Source: Kiritimatiellia bacterium (GTDB taxonomy: Bacteria; Verrucomicrobiota; Kiritimatiellia; RFP12; UBA1067). From it: 64,000 nucleotides of DNA. Position numbers and translations under genes: made by a program. Location: NCBI GenBank assembly GCA_017395505.1, contig JAFPUH010000042.1, forward strand, positions 1,442-65,441, read 5' to 3'. The stretch's first letter is position 1. Each line of letters starts with the position of its first letter. Below, one piece after another: positions 63,794-64,000 of the stretch. A model generated the notes under the pieces. It had not been told where the DNA came from and searched no databases. It saw nothing but the letters and a program-made list of their open reading frames with translations.

Positions 63794-64000
63794 CAGTCTA
63801 GGAGCCTTTGAGGGGTTGCGTCTGCGAAAGCGGGCGCGGAGGCCGGACGGGCCGAGTCGTCGGTCGCGCCTTCCTCGGCGTAGCTTTCCGGGGTGATTGC
63901 GCCCTGGGAGATCTTCTCGAAGAGCGATTCGGCCTTTTCGAGGGCCTTGCGGCGGTCTTCAGAAAGAGGAACGCCGATGCGGTTGAGGACCTTTGCGGCT
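63793..64000 (-). CDS. C-terminal 68 codons of an upstream gene (partial)
   Basis: Hand translation ...LEKAESLFEKISQGAITPESYAEEG...PQRLLD, with the stop TGA at 63793-63795 overlapping the fibre ATG. Open to the window edge. Confidence 0.45.
   Translation of the reverse strand, partial: AAKVLNRIGVPLSEDRRKALEKAESLFEKISQGAITPESYAEEGATDDSARPASAPAFADATPQRLLD

Larger units (their letters stand above)
53025..64000. mobile_element. Phage-derived cluster 2 (tail/morphogenesis genes; prophage remnant, transposable-phage end or tail-like particle locus); continues beyond right edge
   Basis: Thirteen tightly coupled minus-strand ORFs, including a tail fibre, MuF-like protein, tube, frameshifted chaperone and tape measure. 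No capsid, portal, terminase or integrase in the window. Confidence 0.7.

Noticed and set aside
1-64000. Integrase, transposase or recombinase genes that would explain the two elements and the inverted repeat
   Set aside because: I looked through all track ORFs and hand-translated gaps. No tyrosine or serine recombinase, DDE transposase or invertase motifs were recognised, so these genes presumably lie outside the window.

Overview
GC-rich bacterial chromosomal window, annotated by eye only (no searches run; family names are my own motif recognition). It has four parts. (1) 1-22051 is a minus-strand siphovirus-type prophage that runs off the left edge. Read in transcription order it carries small regulators (RHH), a 1044-aa primase-helicase, an SSB-like protein and a DUF4406-like protein. 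A 516-bp ORF-free region follows, then a lambda-ordered packaging/head module: GpA-like large terminase, Zn-ribbon ORF, gpW-like, portal, ClpP/S49 protease-scaffold and capsid. Last come neck genes, tube, a G/GT chaperone pair, tape measure and distal tail genes. The right boundary is marked by an orphan tRNA 3'-end fragment (22028-22051), 77 nt upstream of an intact tRNA-Ala(CGC). (2) 22.1-52.0 kb holds plus-strand core genes: gatB, trmJ-like, two ABC permeases, mutS, hisI, oadGAB, glgP, dus, infA, yebC, argB, argD, gltX and a methyltransferase. It also holds a TPR/LolA-like/AsmA-like trio, a paralogous pair of GYF-like coiled-coil proteins, and a GH31 hydrolase split by one in-frame TAG. (3) 52046-53024 is the most unusual stretch, about 1 kb with no credible ORF, lying between convergent genes. 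It contains an AT-rich patch, five 18-23-bp-phased palindromic repeats, and a 52-bp perfect inverted-repeat pair whose similarity continues inward in degenerate form. It also contains a 107-nt four-helix hairpin and two terminator-like hairpins. (4) 53025-64000 is a second phage-derived minus-strand cluster running off the right edge: signal-peptide tail fibre, exported proteins, MuG-like and MuF-like proteins (the latter with a nuclease-like C-terminus), tube, a chaperone needing a shift at an A9 run, a short tape measure and distal tail proteins. No capsid, portal or terminase is visible in this cluster. No CRISPR array, rRNA, integrase or reverse transcriptase was seen.
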